A DNA stretch of 64,000 bases from an uncultured virus (IMG/VR IMGVR_UViG_3300042331_000187) (IMGVR_UViG_3300042331_000187); one strand, 5' to 3'; shown: positions 1-9,740, counted from the stretch's first letter. The notes: generated by a model from the sequence alone, not told the origin. A program made the numbers and translations.

Positions 1-125
1 GCCAGGAGCTGATGCGCGGCCGGGTGCTGATGCTGATTGACCACCAGCTGGGGATGCTCAGGGAATCGCCTACGGCGGTGCTGCTGCGGGCGTTGCGGCA
101 GCAGGTGAGGGAGGTGGAGGCGTGA
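1..125 (+). repeat. Direct repeat, identical to 60620-60744 (genome wrap-around)
   Basis: Base-by-base match by eye, offset 60619. Confidence 0.95.
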
Positions 126-448
126 ATACACCGATCATCATGTGGCGCGTCAATTCGTCCAGAAAAATTGAGCAAGTTGAATGCAGCAAGGTAACGGAAA
201 AGTCCGTATTCATTGTTGCCGAACCAAACTGGAAAGGTGAAATGTACCGATTGAGAAAACCTCAAAGGGAGAACATCGCTAGCGGATACCGCAGCTACCA
301 CAAAACCTGGGCAGATGCGCACGCTGTTCTGCTGGCTCAGGCAGAGCGCGGAATAGTCGGCGCTCGCCGCAATCTTGAGCATGCACAAAACGAGCACGGC
401 CGAATCAAGGCCATGAAACCACCGGCTGATGCGGAGGTGCCCCAGTGA
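122..448 (+). CDS. Hypothetical protein, allele/homolog of 60741-61034
   Basis: GTGA overlap with upstream gene; shared C-terminus SYHxTWAxA...GRIxAMKPPADAE. Confidence 0.8.
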   Translation: MNTPIIMWRVNSSRKIEQVECSKVTEKSVFIVAEPNWKGEMYRLRKPQRENIASGYRSYHKTWADAHAVLLAQAERGIVGARRNLEHAQNEHGRIKAMKPPADAEVPQ

Positions 449-807
449 GCGCCGAACTCTCACTGCTGCTCGGCTCCATCGTCGGCGGCACCGGCGCCCT
501 GCTGTCTTACTGGGCCGGCTGGCGGGCGAGGGACCAGCAGCGACCACCGAGGGGCAGCTACGGGCCGCGCAAACCCAGCTTTGCCGAGCTGCTGATGCCG
601 CCGCCGCGCGATCAGGACCCCGACTGGCGCCGCAGCTTCAGCCACAAGAACACCAACAGGCCGAGCGGGCCGCCGCCGCTTCGGTTACGCCGCAGCAACC
701 CGTTCGTTAGCGAGTTTCAGCAGCAGATCAACAACGCCCTCAATCTCGACGGCTACCAGCCTCGGCCGTCCAGTCCCGGCGCAAACCCTCCGCCTTCTGA
801 ACCATGA
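445..807 (+). CDS. Hypothetical protein with N-terminal hydrophobic segment
   Basis: Start/stop overlaps on both sides; absent from the second copy of this region. Confidence 0.65.
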   Translation: MSAELSLLLGSIVGGTGALLSYWAGWRARDQQRPPRGSYGPRKPSFAELLMPPPRDQDPDWRRSFSHKNTNRPSGPPPLRLRRSNPFVSEFQQQINNALNLDGYQPRPSSPGANPPPSEP

Positions 808-929
808 CCCTCTCCATCCTCGCCGGCATGATCGAGATCATTGCCGTGCTGGTCATTGTTGGCACCGCCACCTTGGCCACGTCGCTGTGGTGGGCGCTGT
901 GTGAGCGGCTGGTGGGGGAGGCCGCCTGA
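804..929 (+). CDS. Small membrane protein (41 aa), allele of 61031-61162
   Basis: MTLSILAGMIEIIAVLVIVGTATLATSLWWALCERL; conserved in the second copy with mostly synonymous changes. Confidence 0.7.
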   Translation: MTLSILAGMIEIIAVLVIVGTATLATSLWWALCERLVGEAA

Positions 930-2365
930 TGACCACCTACGCCGAGTTCCTAGACCGCAAGCTCCACACCGGCGCTGACCACGGCTTCGATCCAGTGTTC
1001 ATGCCGCCGCAGCTGTTCGACTTCCAGCAAGCCCTAGTCGAGTGGGCTGTCCGCAAGGGCCGCGCCGCAATCTTTGCTGACTGCGGCCTAGGCAAAACCG
1101 CCATGCAGCTCACATGGGCTGAAAACGTGGCGCGTCACACCGCCCACCCGGTGCTAATCCTGACCCCGCTGGCCGTCGCCGCGCAGACCATCCGCGAGGG
1201 TGAAAAGTTCGGCATTGAGGCTCACCGCTCTAGCGATGGCAGCGTGATGGGGCGGATCGTGATCACGAACTACGACAGGCTCCACCTGTTTGATCCTGCT
1301 GATTTTGGTGCGGTTGTCTGCGACGAATCGAGCATCCTGAAATCGTTTAACGGCTCCACCAGAAAGGCGATCACTCGCTTCATGGCCAAGATGCCGTACC
1401 GGCTGCTGTGCACGGCAACAGCTGCGCCGAATGATTACACCGAGCTGGGCAATTCATCTGAAGCGCTGGGTGAGTTGAGCTACAGCGACATGCTGCGCCG
1501 GTTCTTTGCACAGCTGGATGACAAGGGCCAGAAACGCGAAGAGCGCCTGCAAGAGTCAGCCGAAGCGATGATCAACGCCAACGCCAACTACTACAAAAAG
1601 CTGGCCTTCAGGGTGTCGCAGACTATCGGCCAGTGGCGCCTTAAGCATCACGCCCGCGAACATTTCTGGCGCTGGGTGGCCAGCTGGGCTAGGGCTTGCC
1701 GGATGCCGTCTGATCTGGGTTTCGCCAACGATGGCTTTATCCTGCCGCCTCTGGTTGAGCGTGATCACATTATTGCCCCGGCCACCCCGCCAGAGGGGAT
1801 GCTGTTCTCAATGCCCGCCTTTGGCCTGGCGGAGGAACGGGAAGAGCGCAAGCGCACCATGCAGGAGCGCTGCGAGTTTGCGGCTCAGCTGGTGGAGCAT
1901 GATCGCCCTGCGGTGATCTGGTGCCACACCAACGCCGAGGGCGACCTGCTAGAGCAGCTGATCCCCGATGCTGCCCAGGTTGCCGGCCGCACTCCAGACG
2001 ATCGGAAGGTGGAGCTCTATGAGGCCTTCGCCGATGGCCGTCAGCGGGTGCTGGTGATCAAGCCAAAGATCGGCGCATGGGGGCTGAACTGGCAACATTG
2101 CGCCCACGTGGTGACGTTCGCCAGTCACAGCTATGAGCAGTACTACCAATCAGTTCGCCGCTGCTGGCGCTTTGGCCAGCAGAGCACGGTCCACCTTGAC
2201 GTGATCGCCACCGAGGGCGAGGCCAGAGTGCTGGCAAACATGCGCGGCAAGGCTGAGCGAGCGTCCGCCATGTTTGAGGAACTGGTGGCGCAGATGAACA
2301 ACGCCACCACGATCAAGCGCACCAATCTCTACACCACTACACCGAGGCTCCCGCAATGGCTGTAA
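929..2365 (+). CDS. SNF2-like superfamily 2 helicase
   Basis: Walker A DCGLGKT, DESS motif II, TATAAPN motif III, QSVRRCWRFGQ motif VI. Confidence 0.9.
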   Translation: MTTYAEFLDRKLHTGADHGFDPVFMPPQLFDFQQALVEWAVRKGRAAIFADCGLGKTAMQLTWAENVARHTAHPVLILTPLAVAAQTIREGEKFGIEAHRSSDGSVMGRIVITNYDRLHLFDPADFGAVVCDESSILKSFNGSTRKAITRFMAKMPYRLLCTATAAPNDYTELGNSSEALGELSYSDMLRRFFAQLDDKGQKREERLQESAEAMINANANYYKKLAFRVSQTIGQWRLKHHAREHFWRWVASWARACRMPSDLGFANDGFILPPLVERDHIIAPATPPEGMLFSMPAFGLAEEREERKRTMQERCEFAAQLVEHDRPAVIWCHTNAEGDLLEQLIPDAAQVAGRTPDDRKVELYEAFADGRQRVLVIKPKIGAWGLNWQHCAHVVTFASHSYEQYYQSVRRCWRFGQQSTVHLDVIATEGEARVLANMRGKAERASAMFEELVAQMNNATTIKRTNLYTTTPRLPQWL

Positions 2366-3330
2366 AGGATCAGCTCATCACAGACAACTACGCCATCTAC
2401 AACGGCGACTGCATTGAAGTAATGCAAGGCCTGCCAGATGAATCGGTACACCTCACCGTCTACTCTCCGCCCTTTGCCGGGCTGTATCAGTACAGCAGCG
2501 ACGATCGGGATATGTCCAACTGCCTGAACTATGACGAGTTTTTCGCTCATTACGGATTTTGCATTGACGAAATCTCCCGGATCACAATGCCGGGCAGGAT
2601 CTCAGCGGTTCATTGCATGGACATTCCGCTAAGCAATGCCGGATGCGATGCCATGTTTGATCTGCCTGGCCGGATCATCCGCGAGCACGAAGCCCGAGGA
2701 TTTGCTTATGGCGGCCGGCGGGTGATCTGGAAGGAGCCGCTGCTGGTACGCAATCGCACCATGATGAAGAGCTTGCATCACAAGACACTGTGCGAGGACT
2801 CCACGCGCAACAGCATCGCTAACGCTGACTACCTGCTGATGTTCCGCCGCAAGGGCGAGAATCCGGTTCCAGTGACTCACGAAGTAGGCCTGCTGCACTA
2901 CAGCGGCGAGCGAACTGTCCCAGCTGACCTGAACGGGTACAAAGGTATGAAGGGAGATCAGAAAAAAAATCAGTACAGCCAATGGATTTGGCGGCAGTAC
3001 GCCTCCAGCGTTTGGGATGACATCAGGATTGACAACGTGCTGCAGTTCCGCAGCGCTAGGGATGGCGAAGACGAGAAGCACGTGCACCCGCTTCAGCTGG
3101 ACGTGATTGACCGAGCCGTGGTGATGTGGAGCAACCCCGGCGAGACCGTGCTGACCCCCTTCATGGGCGTCGGCAGCGAGGTCTACGGGGCGGTGCAAGC
3201 TGGCCGCCGTGGCGTCGGCATCGAGCTGAAGCCCAGCTACTACCGGCAGGCAGTGCGGAACCTGGAGCTGGCCGGCGAGCCGGATCAGCCCGGCGATCAG
3301 TCATCCCTCTTCGACCTAGAGACCGCCTAA
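2356..3330 (+). CDS. DNA methyltransferase, N4C/N6A family (beta class)
   Basis: GDCIEVM start, VYSPPF catalytic motif, HVHPLQ, TPFMGVGS SAM-binding motif, GIEL. Confidence 0.9.
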   Translation: MAVKDQLITDNYAIYNGDCIEVMQGLPDESVHLTVYSPPFAGLYQYSSDDRDMSNCLNYDEFFAHYGFCIDEISRITMPGRISAVHCMDIPLSNAGCDAMFDLPGRIIREHEARGFAYGGRRVIWKEPLLVRNRTMMKSLHHKTLCEDSTRNSIANADYLLMFRRKGENPVPVTHEVGLLHYSGERTVPADLNGYKGMKGDQKKNQYSQWIWRQYASSVWDDIRIDNVLQFRSARDGEDEKHVHPLQLDVIDRAVVMWSNPGETVLTPFMGVGSEVYGAVQAGRRGVGIELKPSYYRQAVRNLELAGEPDQPGDQSSLFDLETA

Positions 3331-3473
3331 TGGAAACCCGCCGCCTAACCATCTGCCTCACCCTCCCCGAGGTCGAGGCGCTCCGCCGCCAGCTCCGGCC
3401 TGGCGAGGGGATGAACGATCTGCTGCGGCGGATCGTGAACGACCGGATCCACAACCCCACCCCATCACGATGA
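3330..3473 (+). CDS. Small ribbon-helix-helix-like DNA-binding protein
   Basis: METRRLTICLTLPEVEALRRQL...MNDLLRRIV; coupled to methylase stop. Confidence 0.6.
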   Translation: METRRLTICLTLPEVEALRRQLRPGEGMNDLLRRIVNDRIHNPTPSR

Positions 3474-3748
3474 TCACCTACACCACCCCCACCCAGCAGG
3501 CCATGGCCCGCATTGCCACCGCGCCTGTCACCAGCGATCAGGCCCGGCGCCCACCAACACCCTCCATCCGGCTATCCCTGGCCGCCTGCCCCATGCCGGC
3601 GCGGTGCTCTAAGCCGTGCGAGATGTGCTCTGGTGTCGCCCGCAGCGTCGCCGGTGAGCTGGGGCAGGTGCTGAGGGAGCGCCACGGCGGGTCCAGTTCA
3701 GTGGCGGACTGGCTGGATGGATTCACACACACTGGAGATGAACGATGA
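3470..3748 (+). CDS. Hypothetical protein with Cys cluster
   Basis: ATGA overlaps; CPxxxRCSKPCEMC. Confidence 0.6.
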   Translation: MITYTTPTQQAMARIATAPVTSDQARRPPTPSIRLSLAACPMPARCSKPCEMCSGVARSVAGELGQVLRERHGGSSSVADWLDGFTHTGDER

Positions 3749-4377
3749 GCACTGATTACCGCGCCGAACTGCAACGATTGCTAGGGGCAGTTGAAAACGA
3801 TGTAATCGACACCAATGATGGCCTAAGGTTTCAGGCCGCTGTAAACCGCGCCCGCGCCGCCCTGGCCCAGCCCGAGCCGGAGGGGGATGGGCTGTTTCAT
3901 TGGCGGAACCTTGGCGACGGAAAGCCCGTTCAAGTTCGGGAGTGTCCTATGTGCGGTATCGCCCCGGCAAACGTGGACGATTGCGGTCGATTCGGTGATC
4001 CAGCCTGCCCCTATTTCGGTGTTGGCGAACCCGAGCCGGAGGGGGTGACGGAGCGAATCGCATCCATTGCAACGGCGGTTCGAGAGTGCGCTTTCGGCTG
4101 GGAACCTACTGCGCGACTGATCGGCAATGTCTGCGCCGAAGATGTTGCCGATCTATGTGGCGCCATCCTCACCCACTTCGCCCGCCCCACCACCGAGCCG
4201 GTGCCCGTGGCTGAGCGGCCTTGGGAGCGCGAGAAAGGGTGGCGTGATCTTGATGGCGAATGCTGGTGGTGCCCACCAGACGGCCCGCCCTACTGGCAGA
4301 TGGCCAACCCAGCAATGGTCTACGGCGGCTGGCTGCTCCCCCCCCACGCCCTGCCACTACCCACCCCAACGCCATGA
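3745..4377 (+). CDS. Hypothetical modular protein
   Basis: ATGA overlaps; two EPEPEG junctions; CPMCG motif. Confidence 0.65.
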   Translation: MSTDYRAELQRLLGAVENDVIDTNDGLRFQAAVNRARAALAQPEPEGDGLFHWRNLGDGKPVQVRECPMCGIAPANVDDCGRFGDPACPYFGVGEPEPEGVTERIASIATAVRECAFGWEPTARLIGNVCAEDVADLCGAILTHFARPTTEPVPVAERPWEREKGWRDLDGECWWCPPDGPPYWQMANPAMVYGGWLLPPHALPLPTPTP

Positions 4378-6746
4378 CTCGCTGCATCGTCATTGGGTGG
4401 GACGCCCACCACAACTGCATCGGCCGGGCCCATCTGATCGCCCGTGCCGCCGCGCTGGCATTCTCTGAGGTCCAGCTGATCGCCTTCGGGTTCTCCCACC
4501 TAGGCCGTGAGGTGTGGGCGCCGTTGCGAGGTGAGCCGATCACTGTGATCCCTGAGCCCAAAACCGTCGCGGCGCTGATTCATCGCTGCCGCCGCGTCGC
4601 CGCGGCCACCGATGCAGACGTGGTGATCGCCTGCAAAGCCCGGCTGCCGTCAGTGCTGCTGGGCATTGCCATCGCTGAGCGCAACGGCGCCCGGCTGATC
4701 GTTGACATCGATGATCACGAGTTGGCGTTCATTGATCCGAACGATGCCCCGCTCTCGCCGCTGGCGCTGCAGCAGCAGTTCCCCGAACGGCTTGGCGAGG
4801 CCCCCTACTCGCCGTTTTGGACGCTGGCGGCACAGCAGCTCACCAAGGCCGCTGATCACATCATCACCTGCAACACCGAGCTGCAGGCACTGCACGGCGG
4901 GGAGATCATCGCCCACCTGCGCGACCTGGATGCGTTTCAATCGCCGCAGGCTGAGCCGCCCACTGAGCTGCTGGAGATCCGCCGCCGCTGCACCCCGCTG
5001 GTGATGTTCCTAGGCACGCCGCAGCGGCACAAGGGCCTCGACGTCATCGCTCAGGCCGTGGCCCAGGTGCCAGGTGCTGGCGCGGCATTCATCGGCCGCA
5101 TTCCCGACCAAGGGATTGTGAACGACATCACCCGCGCAGCCGGCGATCAGGCCGCAATGATCGACAGCGTGGCATTCGCGGCTATGCCCGCCTGCCTCGC
5201 GCTAGCTGATGCGGCGGTGCTGCTGCAGGATCAGTCCCGCGAGGCCAGCCGGTATCAGCTGCCGGCCAAAGCGTGCGACGCGCTGGCGGCCGGCATCAGG
5301 CTGATCGCCACACCTACCCCGCCGCTGCAGATGCTGGCGGACTGGGGGTTTCGGGGGATTTCGTTTGTGGAGTCGCCCGCCGAACTGCCCGACGCGATCC
5401 GCCAGCTGCAGCCACTGAGCGCTGCCGATCGGGAGGTGAATCAGCGCCTCGCGCACCAGCACCTGTCCTATGCCTCTGGAGCTACCACCATGCGCCACCT
5501 CCTGTCCCAGCCCAGCCGCCGAGCGATCAGTTACGCCGCCAGATCATTGATCGGGCTACCTGAGCCTGGTCGGCGGATCATCTTGATGCTCTGGAAACAG
5601 AACGACGCTGGGGTGTTTGGCAGGCGGGTGGACATGGTGGCAAAGTACCTGGCCAGCCGGAATGACGTGGACCAGGTGCTGTTGGTGGAGAAACCGCTTA
5701 GCACGCTGGACCTGCGCAAGCTGGAGCAAAGCCAGAACCGGCATCACCGGCTGTTGCACCGTTACGCGCAGCGGAAAAGGGTCGGGCTGCTGGACAGAGG
5801 CAAGCTTGCCATCCGCACGCCAGTGATGCCTGCAGGGCTCAGCGTGGCTGAACAGGGCGACTTCATCGAGCGGTACTGCCAAGGGCTGGTGGAGCAGGCC
5901 CTAGCGCGCTTCCCCGGCGCCAAGGTGGGGCTCTGGGTCTATCCGTACTATCGGCACGCCGAGCGGATCGCCGCAGCCCTGCCCACGGACTACGTGATAG
6001 GCGACGTGGTAGACGATCACAGGGCATGGCCCAACACATCCGCCGAGCGGAAAACAGAGCTCACGGAGCACTACCGCGCCATCCTTGATCTGGCCGACAT
6101 GGGCCTTTACAACTGCCGGCACACGCTGCAGAGCATCGGCAGACTCAGCCCCACGAAGGCGCAGGTAGTGGCCAATGGCGTGGATTTCACCGGCGCACCG
6201 GACGCGGCAGAGGTGGCTGACCTGCGGGAGCAGTTGGTAGCGCCCGGCAATTTCCGGGGGATCATCGGCTATGCCGGAAACCTGGAGTCGAAACTGGACT
6301 GGCCATTGGTGGAGCACGTAGCAGCCAAAAACCCTGACGACCTAGTGCTGCTGATCGGCAGCACGCACGTGGCCACCCAGCTGCCACAGCGGCGGAACAT
6401 TCGCTACGTGGGCCCAGTGCCCTATGACGAGCTGCGCACCTACCTGGCGACGTTTGACGTGGCGATCATCCCGCACCTGAAAACGAATCTCACGGCGGCG
6501 ATGAACCCGCTGAAATGCTGGGTGTACGCCACGCTGGGGATCCCGATCATCAGCACCGACATCCCCAACCTGCCGGAGGATCTGCCGCAGCTGAAAGTGA
6601 CGCGCAGCCAGGGCGGGTTTACGAAGAACGTCCGCAAGGCGCTGAATTCGCCGGACGTGATGAGCGCCGAAGAGGTTGTCGAGATCATCCGCCGGCACAG
6701 CTGGGCCAGTCGCCTGGAGTCGGTGGTTAACTGGTTCCACTACTGA
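4374..6746 (+). CDS. Tandem two-module glycosyltransferase (GT-B/GT4-like)
   Basis: FLGTPQRHKGLD...PAKACDALAAGI and GYAGNL...FDVAIIP...NPLKCWVYATLGIPIIST; start placed at ATG 4374 overlapping the upstream stop. Confidence 0.8.
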   Translation: MTRCIVIGWDAHHNCIGRAHLIARAAALAFSEVQLIAFGFSHLGREVWAPLRGEPITVIPEPKTVAALIHRCRRVAAATDADVVIACKARLPSVLLGIAIAERNGARLIVDIDDHELAFIDPNDAPLSPLALQQQFPERLGEAPYSPFWTLAAQQLTKAADHIITCNTELQALHGGEIIAHLRDLDAFQSPQAEPPTELLEIRRRCTPLVMFLGTPQRHKGLDVIAQAVAQVPGAGAAFIGRIPDQGIVNDITRAAGDQAAMIDSVAFAAMPACLALADAAVLLQDQSREASRYQLPAKACDALAAGIRLIATPTPPLQMLADWGFRGISFVESPAELPDAIRQLQPLSAADREVNQRLAHQHLSYASGATTMRHLLSQPSRRAISYAARSLIGLPEPGRRIILMLWKQNDAGVFGRRVDMVAKYLASRNDVDQVLLVEKPLSTLDLRKLEQSQNRHHRLLHRYAQRKRVGLLDRGKLAIRTPVMPAGLSVAEQGDFIERYCQGLVEQALARFPGAKVGLWVYPYYRHAERIAAALPTDYVIGDVVDDHRAWPNTSAERKTELTEHYRAILDLADMGLYNCRHTLQSIGRLSPTKAQVVANGVDFTGAPDAAEVADLREQLVAPGNFRGIIGYAGNLESKLDWPLVEHVAAKNPDDLVLLIGSTHVATQLPQRRNIRYVGPVPYDELRTYLATFDVAIIPHLKTNLTAAMNPLKCWVYATLGIPIISTDIPNLPEDLPQLKVTRSQGGFTKNVRKALNSPDVMSAEEVVEIIRRHSWASRLESVVNWFHY

Positions 6747-6822
6747 CCGGGGGGTGCGGAACCGGAACCGCTGCGGTATGATTTTGCCACGGGCACAGGC
6801 CCGCCACTCGCCATTGCTTGCC

Positions 6823-7005
6823 ATGACCACGATTTTCTGCACCTTCTTGGTGCTGCTGTTATTGCCCGCGCTGTTCCTGTTGTGGCTGACGGAATCCCGC
6901 CAGCAACGCGCCCGCCGCTGGCGCCGCGATGGCTGGACACAGCAGCGCATCGCTGATCGACTGGGGTGTTCACGCACCACGGTTCGGCGGATGTTGGCTG
7001 CTTGA
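6823..7005 (+). CDS. Small protein with TM segment and HTH
   Basis: Hydrophobic N-terminus, then GWTQQRIADRLGCSRTTVRRML. Confidence 0.7.
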   Translation: MTTIFCTFLVLLLLPALFLLWLTESRQQRARRWRRDGWTQQRIADRLGCSRTTVRRMLAA

Positions 7006-7032
7006 TCGCTCACCCCACCACGGAGACACGCC

Positions 7033-7554
7033 ATGACCGACCAGCACCGCGCCACGCCTGAGCAGTGGGCCCTCGTCGCATCCGAAGCCGCCGATGGCAG
7101 CGCGACCCACTCCTGCATGCTCGAACTCAACGACACCCTCCGGGCTCTGTGCATAGCCCGAAACGATCTTGTTGTATGCAGCACAGAGCAGAACCAACGC
7201 ATCGAAGCCCTAGAGGCCGCCCCAGCGTTCCGCGTCTTAGAGACGGGCGAACGAATTCAGATGAACATCGTGCAAGACAAGCTCGACCGCCTGATTGCGT
7301 TGGATGCTGCCGATCCGACTCCCGATCCCGCCATAACCGTACTCCGCGCCGCCAGCGCCGAGGCCCAGCCTGGGGGGTTGGTGGAGAGGGTGGCCAATGC
7401 GATCAGCGAAGGCGACGAGCCCGATAAATGGCACCCAGAAGCGCGTGACGCAATCTGTGAGGTCGCCACCTGGCTCGACCGGTTCGCCCTCCACGGCTCC
7501 GGCGAGTATGCGCAGGCGGCCAAGGTGCTGCGGCAGGAGGCCAACCATGGCTGA
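7033..7554 (+). CDS. Hypothetical protein
   Basis: GGAG RBS upstream; 173-aa ORF. Confidence 0.65.
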   Translation: MTDQHRATPEQWALVASEAADGSATHSCMLELNDTLRALCIARNDLVVCSTEQNQRIEALEAAPAFRVLETGERIQMNIVQDKLDRLIALDAADPTPDPAITVLRAASAEAQPGGLVERVANAISEGDEPDKWHPEARDAICEVATWLDRFALHGSGEYAQAAKVLRQEANHG

Positions 7555-7774
7555 CCTCTCCCCAGCGGCCCAAGCCATCGTGGCCGCGTTCGACGATCGC
7601 TACGAGCTTTGTCCCCTGGAGGACAACTGGCAGGAAGTCTGCATCGCCGCCGCCCTCCGCGCTGCTGCGGATCAGGTCGTGCCACACACGGCTGCTCGAA
7701 CCGATCGGGCAGCAAACCGCCGCAAGGTCCGCTCCGAACTCCTCGCCATCGCCACCGAACTGGAGGCCCAGTAA
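7547..7774 (+). CDS. Hypothetical protein
   Basis: GGAGG RBS; MADLSPAAQAIV...AIATELEAQ. Confidence 0.65.
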   Translation: MADLSPAAQAIVAAFDDRYELCPLEDNWQEVCIAAALRAAADQVVPHTAARTDRAANRRKVRSELLAIATELEAQ

Positions 7775-7917
7775 TGCCCCGCCTCTACCACGTCCAGCTA
7801 ACCACCGGCCCCATCGAGCTCTACGCCGTCAGCCAGGCCCAGGCCATCGCATCTGCCCTAGAGCTGGCTGGTCCTGGCGCCAGAGTGCTCAGGGTGTGGC
7901 GGGAGGGGGAGTGGTGA
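7774..7917 (+). CDS. Hypothetical protein
   Basis: TAATG coupling; MPRLYHVQLTTG. Confidence 0.55.
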   Translation: MPRLYHVQLTTGPIELYAVSQAQAIASALELAGPGARVLRVWREGEW

Positions 7918-8236
7918 TGGATCTCGCAGCGCACCCGTGCCCACTGCCTGCCAGTCCATTCGCAGGACTGATGGCCAGCATCGGAGCACAGCAGATCCGC
8001 AATGCCTATTCGTCGCCGTCACCCCGATGGGAGGCAACCTGTTTCGTTGTTACGCCTGATCCCAGCATCGGACGCAAGCGCAGAGCTCGGCGCCGTCGTG
8101 GGCGGCAGGGCTGATCAGATCTCCCAGTCGCCGCGCTTCTTCTTCCCGCCGCCCTTGCCGGTTCCGTAGGGCTTGCCGCCTTTGGGCATGATCTTAGTGC
8201 TGTTCTGTTCATTCTATCCACTCGCTCTAAACCGCT

Positions 8237-8452
8237 ATGTCCAAGTCTGAGTTTTCTGACTTTTGCATCGTTTCATTGTGTGCAATCCTTGTAGTTGGGG
8301 GTTTTTCACTCGCCGTAATTGGAGGGGTTCTAAAAGAAAGAGAATGGGTGCAGTTTGCTGCTACCCATGACTGCGTCAAGGTTGGGGAGATGAAAGGCAA
8401 CCCTGACAGGATCGGCTGGCGCTGCAATGATGGCGTCACTTACTGGCGCTGA
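8237..8452 (+). CDS. Small membrane protein, lower GC
   Basis: One hydrophobic helix and a Cys pair. Confidence 0.55.
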   Translation: MSKSEFSDFCIVSLCAILVVGGFSLAVIGGVLKEREWVQFAATHDCVKVGEMKGNPDRIGWRCNDGVTYWR

Positions 8453-8662
8453 TCACACCCCCGGCTCATCACACTCCGAAGGCCCGCGCCGCGGCTGCTC
8501 ACTCCCTGCTGGGAGCTGCAGTCCGCGTCGTTGGCATTTCCAGCGAAACGACCGCAGCGCCGCGTGACGGCTGGCACTGACAGCCTCGACTCCCCACCCC
8601 TGGATCAGCCAAACGGGGATCCCGTCGCGGATGACCAGTTCGGTAGTGAAGAGGTGCTCCAT
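8453..8662 (-). CDS. Hypothetical protein
   Basis: Last gene of the leftward operon. Confidence 0.55.
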   Translation of the reverse strand: MEHLFTTELVIRDGIPVWLIQGWGVEAVSASRHAALRSFRWKCQRRGLQLPAGSEQPRRGPSECDEPGV

Positions 8663-8665
8663 GGC

Positions 8666-9019
8666 TCAGGCTACGTGCCGCCAGGCCCGCCGCCGCACGA
8701 TTCGAGTGATGTGGTTGGGCGTCACCCCATACCGCTTAGCCAGCACGGCCCTGGGCGTCCCTGCCGCGGCCTGCTCCCTGAGCCGGCGAATGTCGGCATC
8801 GGTGAGCACCGATCGCCCGTTGCTGGCCCCTTGGCGGGCCGGCCGCCGGCGCCTGACACCAGGAAGCGGCCCCGGAATCCGGCGGCCGCTTTCATAGGTT
8901 TCGATTGATCGGGTGAGCTGGCCGCAGTCTTGGCACCGCAGCCAGCGGCGCTGGCCCTGGGAGATCAACCTAGTGTCCACCACGCGGGTGGTCCCGTTGC
9001 ACCACTGGCAGGGGAGCAT
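8666..9019 (-). CDS. Zn-ribbon (NrdR N-terminal-like) plus HTH regulator
   Basis: CQWC..TRVVDTR...RRWLRCQDCG...TIE-like motif; LAKRYGVTPNHITRIV HTH. Confidence 0.7.
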   Translation of the reverse strand: MLPCQWCNGTTRVVDTRLISQGQRRWLRCQDCGQLTRSIETYESGRRIPGPLPGVRRRRPARQGASNGRSVLTDADIRRLREQAAAGTPRAVLAKRYGVTPNHITRIVRRRAWRHVA

Positions 9020-9531
9020 CAGCCCTTGCTGGCGTGAACAGTGGTGTCGCCGTTGTAGCGGCCAGTCACGGCGTAGCTGTTGATCGGCCGCTCAGCCATC
9101 AGATGGAACACGATCTGCCCGATCTTCATTCCCGGCCACAACCACACGGGCCACAGCTGGCGGGAGTTGTGCAGCTCCAGGGTGAGTACAGATCCATGCC
9201 AGCCGGGGTCACAGTATCCCGCCATCAGGTGCTCCAAGCCTTCACGGGCCCGGCTTGACTTCAACATGAATTGCGCGGCGATGTCATCCGGCAGGTTGAA
9301 CACTTCCACCGTCTGGGCCAGGACAAACTGCCCCGGCCGCAACTCATAGGGATCATTCTGGCTGTGCCGGTGCAGCGGGTACGGCACCAGCTTTGGCGAC
9401 TGCGCCGATTCGATCAGCAGGGTATCCCCTAGCCGCACATCGAGCGACGCCGGGTTGATCAACTCGGAGTCGTGGCCGACCACCATGCCGGCCCTGCAGC
9501 GCTCGGCGATTTGCCAGTCAGAAATAATCAT
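9019..9531 (-). CDS. dcd: dCTP deaminase
   Basis: INPASLDVRLG, KSSRAREG, AGYCDPGWHG, LTLEL, PGMKIGQIVF; start at MIISDWQI. Confidence 0.92.
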   Translation of the reverse strand: MIISDWQIAERCRAGMVVGHDSELINPASLDVRLGDTLLIESAQSPKLVPYPLHRHSQNDPYELRPGQFVLAQTVEVFNLPDDIAAQFMLKSSRAREGLEHLMAGYCDPGWHGSVLTLELHNSRQLWPVWLWPGMKIGQIVFHLMAERPINSYAVTGRYNGDTTVHASKG

Positions 9532-9740
9532 GCCTGAATCGGTGAGATGCTTAAGTGAATCTGCGGCACAAGCCATTCGTGACCATCGGCATCCACTAGG
9601 TAGTAGTGCGGCCAGTTGGCGCGGCTACGCTGGACCCTGCTGGTGATGATGGCGGGCTCTTGGGGGTGACCGGCGATGTAGACGTGATCCCCTGGGCTGA
9701 ATCGCCAGGGGTTGGCGGTACGGGTGGCGGTTAGAGCCAT
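9528..9740 (-). CDS. Hypothetical protein (SH3-like beta barrel)
   Basis: FSPGDHVYI...HYYLVD pattern; overlapping operon. Confidence 0.55.
   Translation of the reverse strand: MALTATRTANPWRFSPGDHVYIAGHPQEPAIITSRVQRSRANWPHYYLVDADGHEWLVPQIHLSISPIQA

Larger units (their letters stand above)
929..3562 (+). repeat. Long direct repeat of 61367-64000 (genome wrap-around)
   Basis: Identical ORFs at offset 60438; one visible SNP C943/T61381. Confidence 0.97.
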
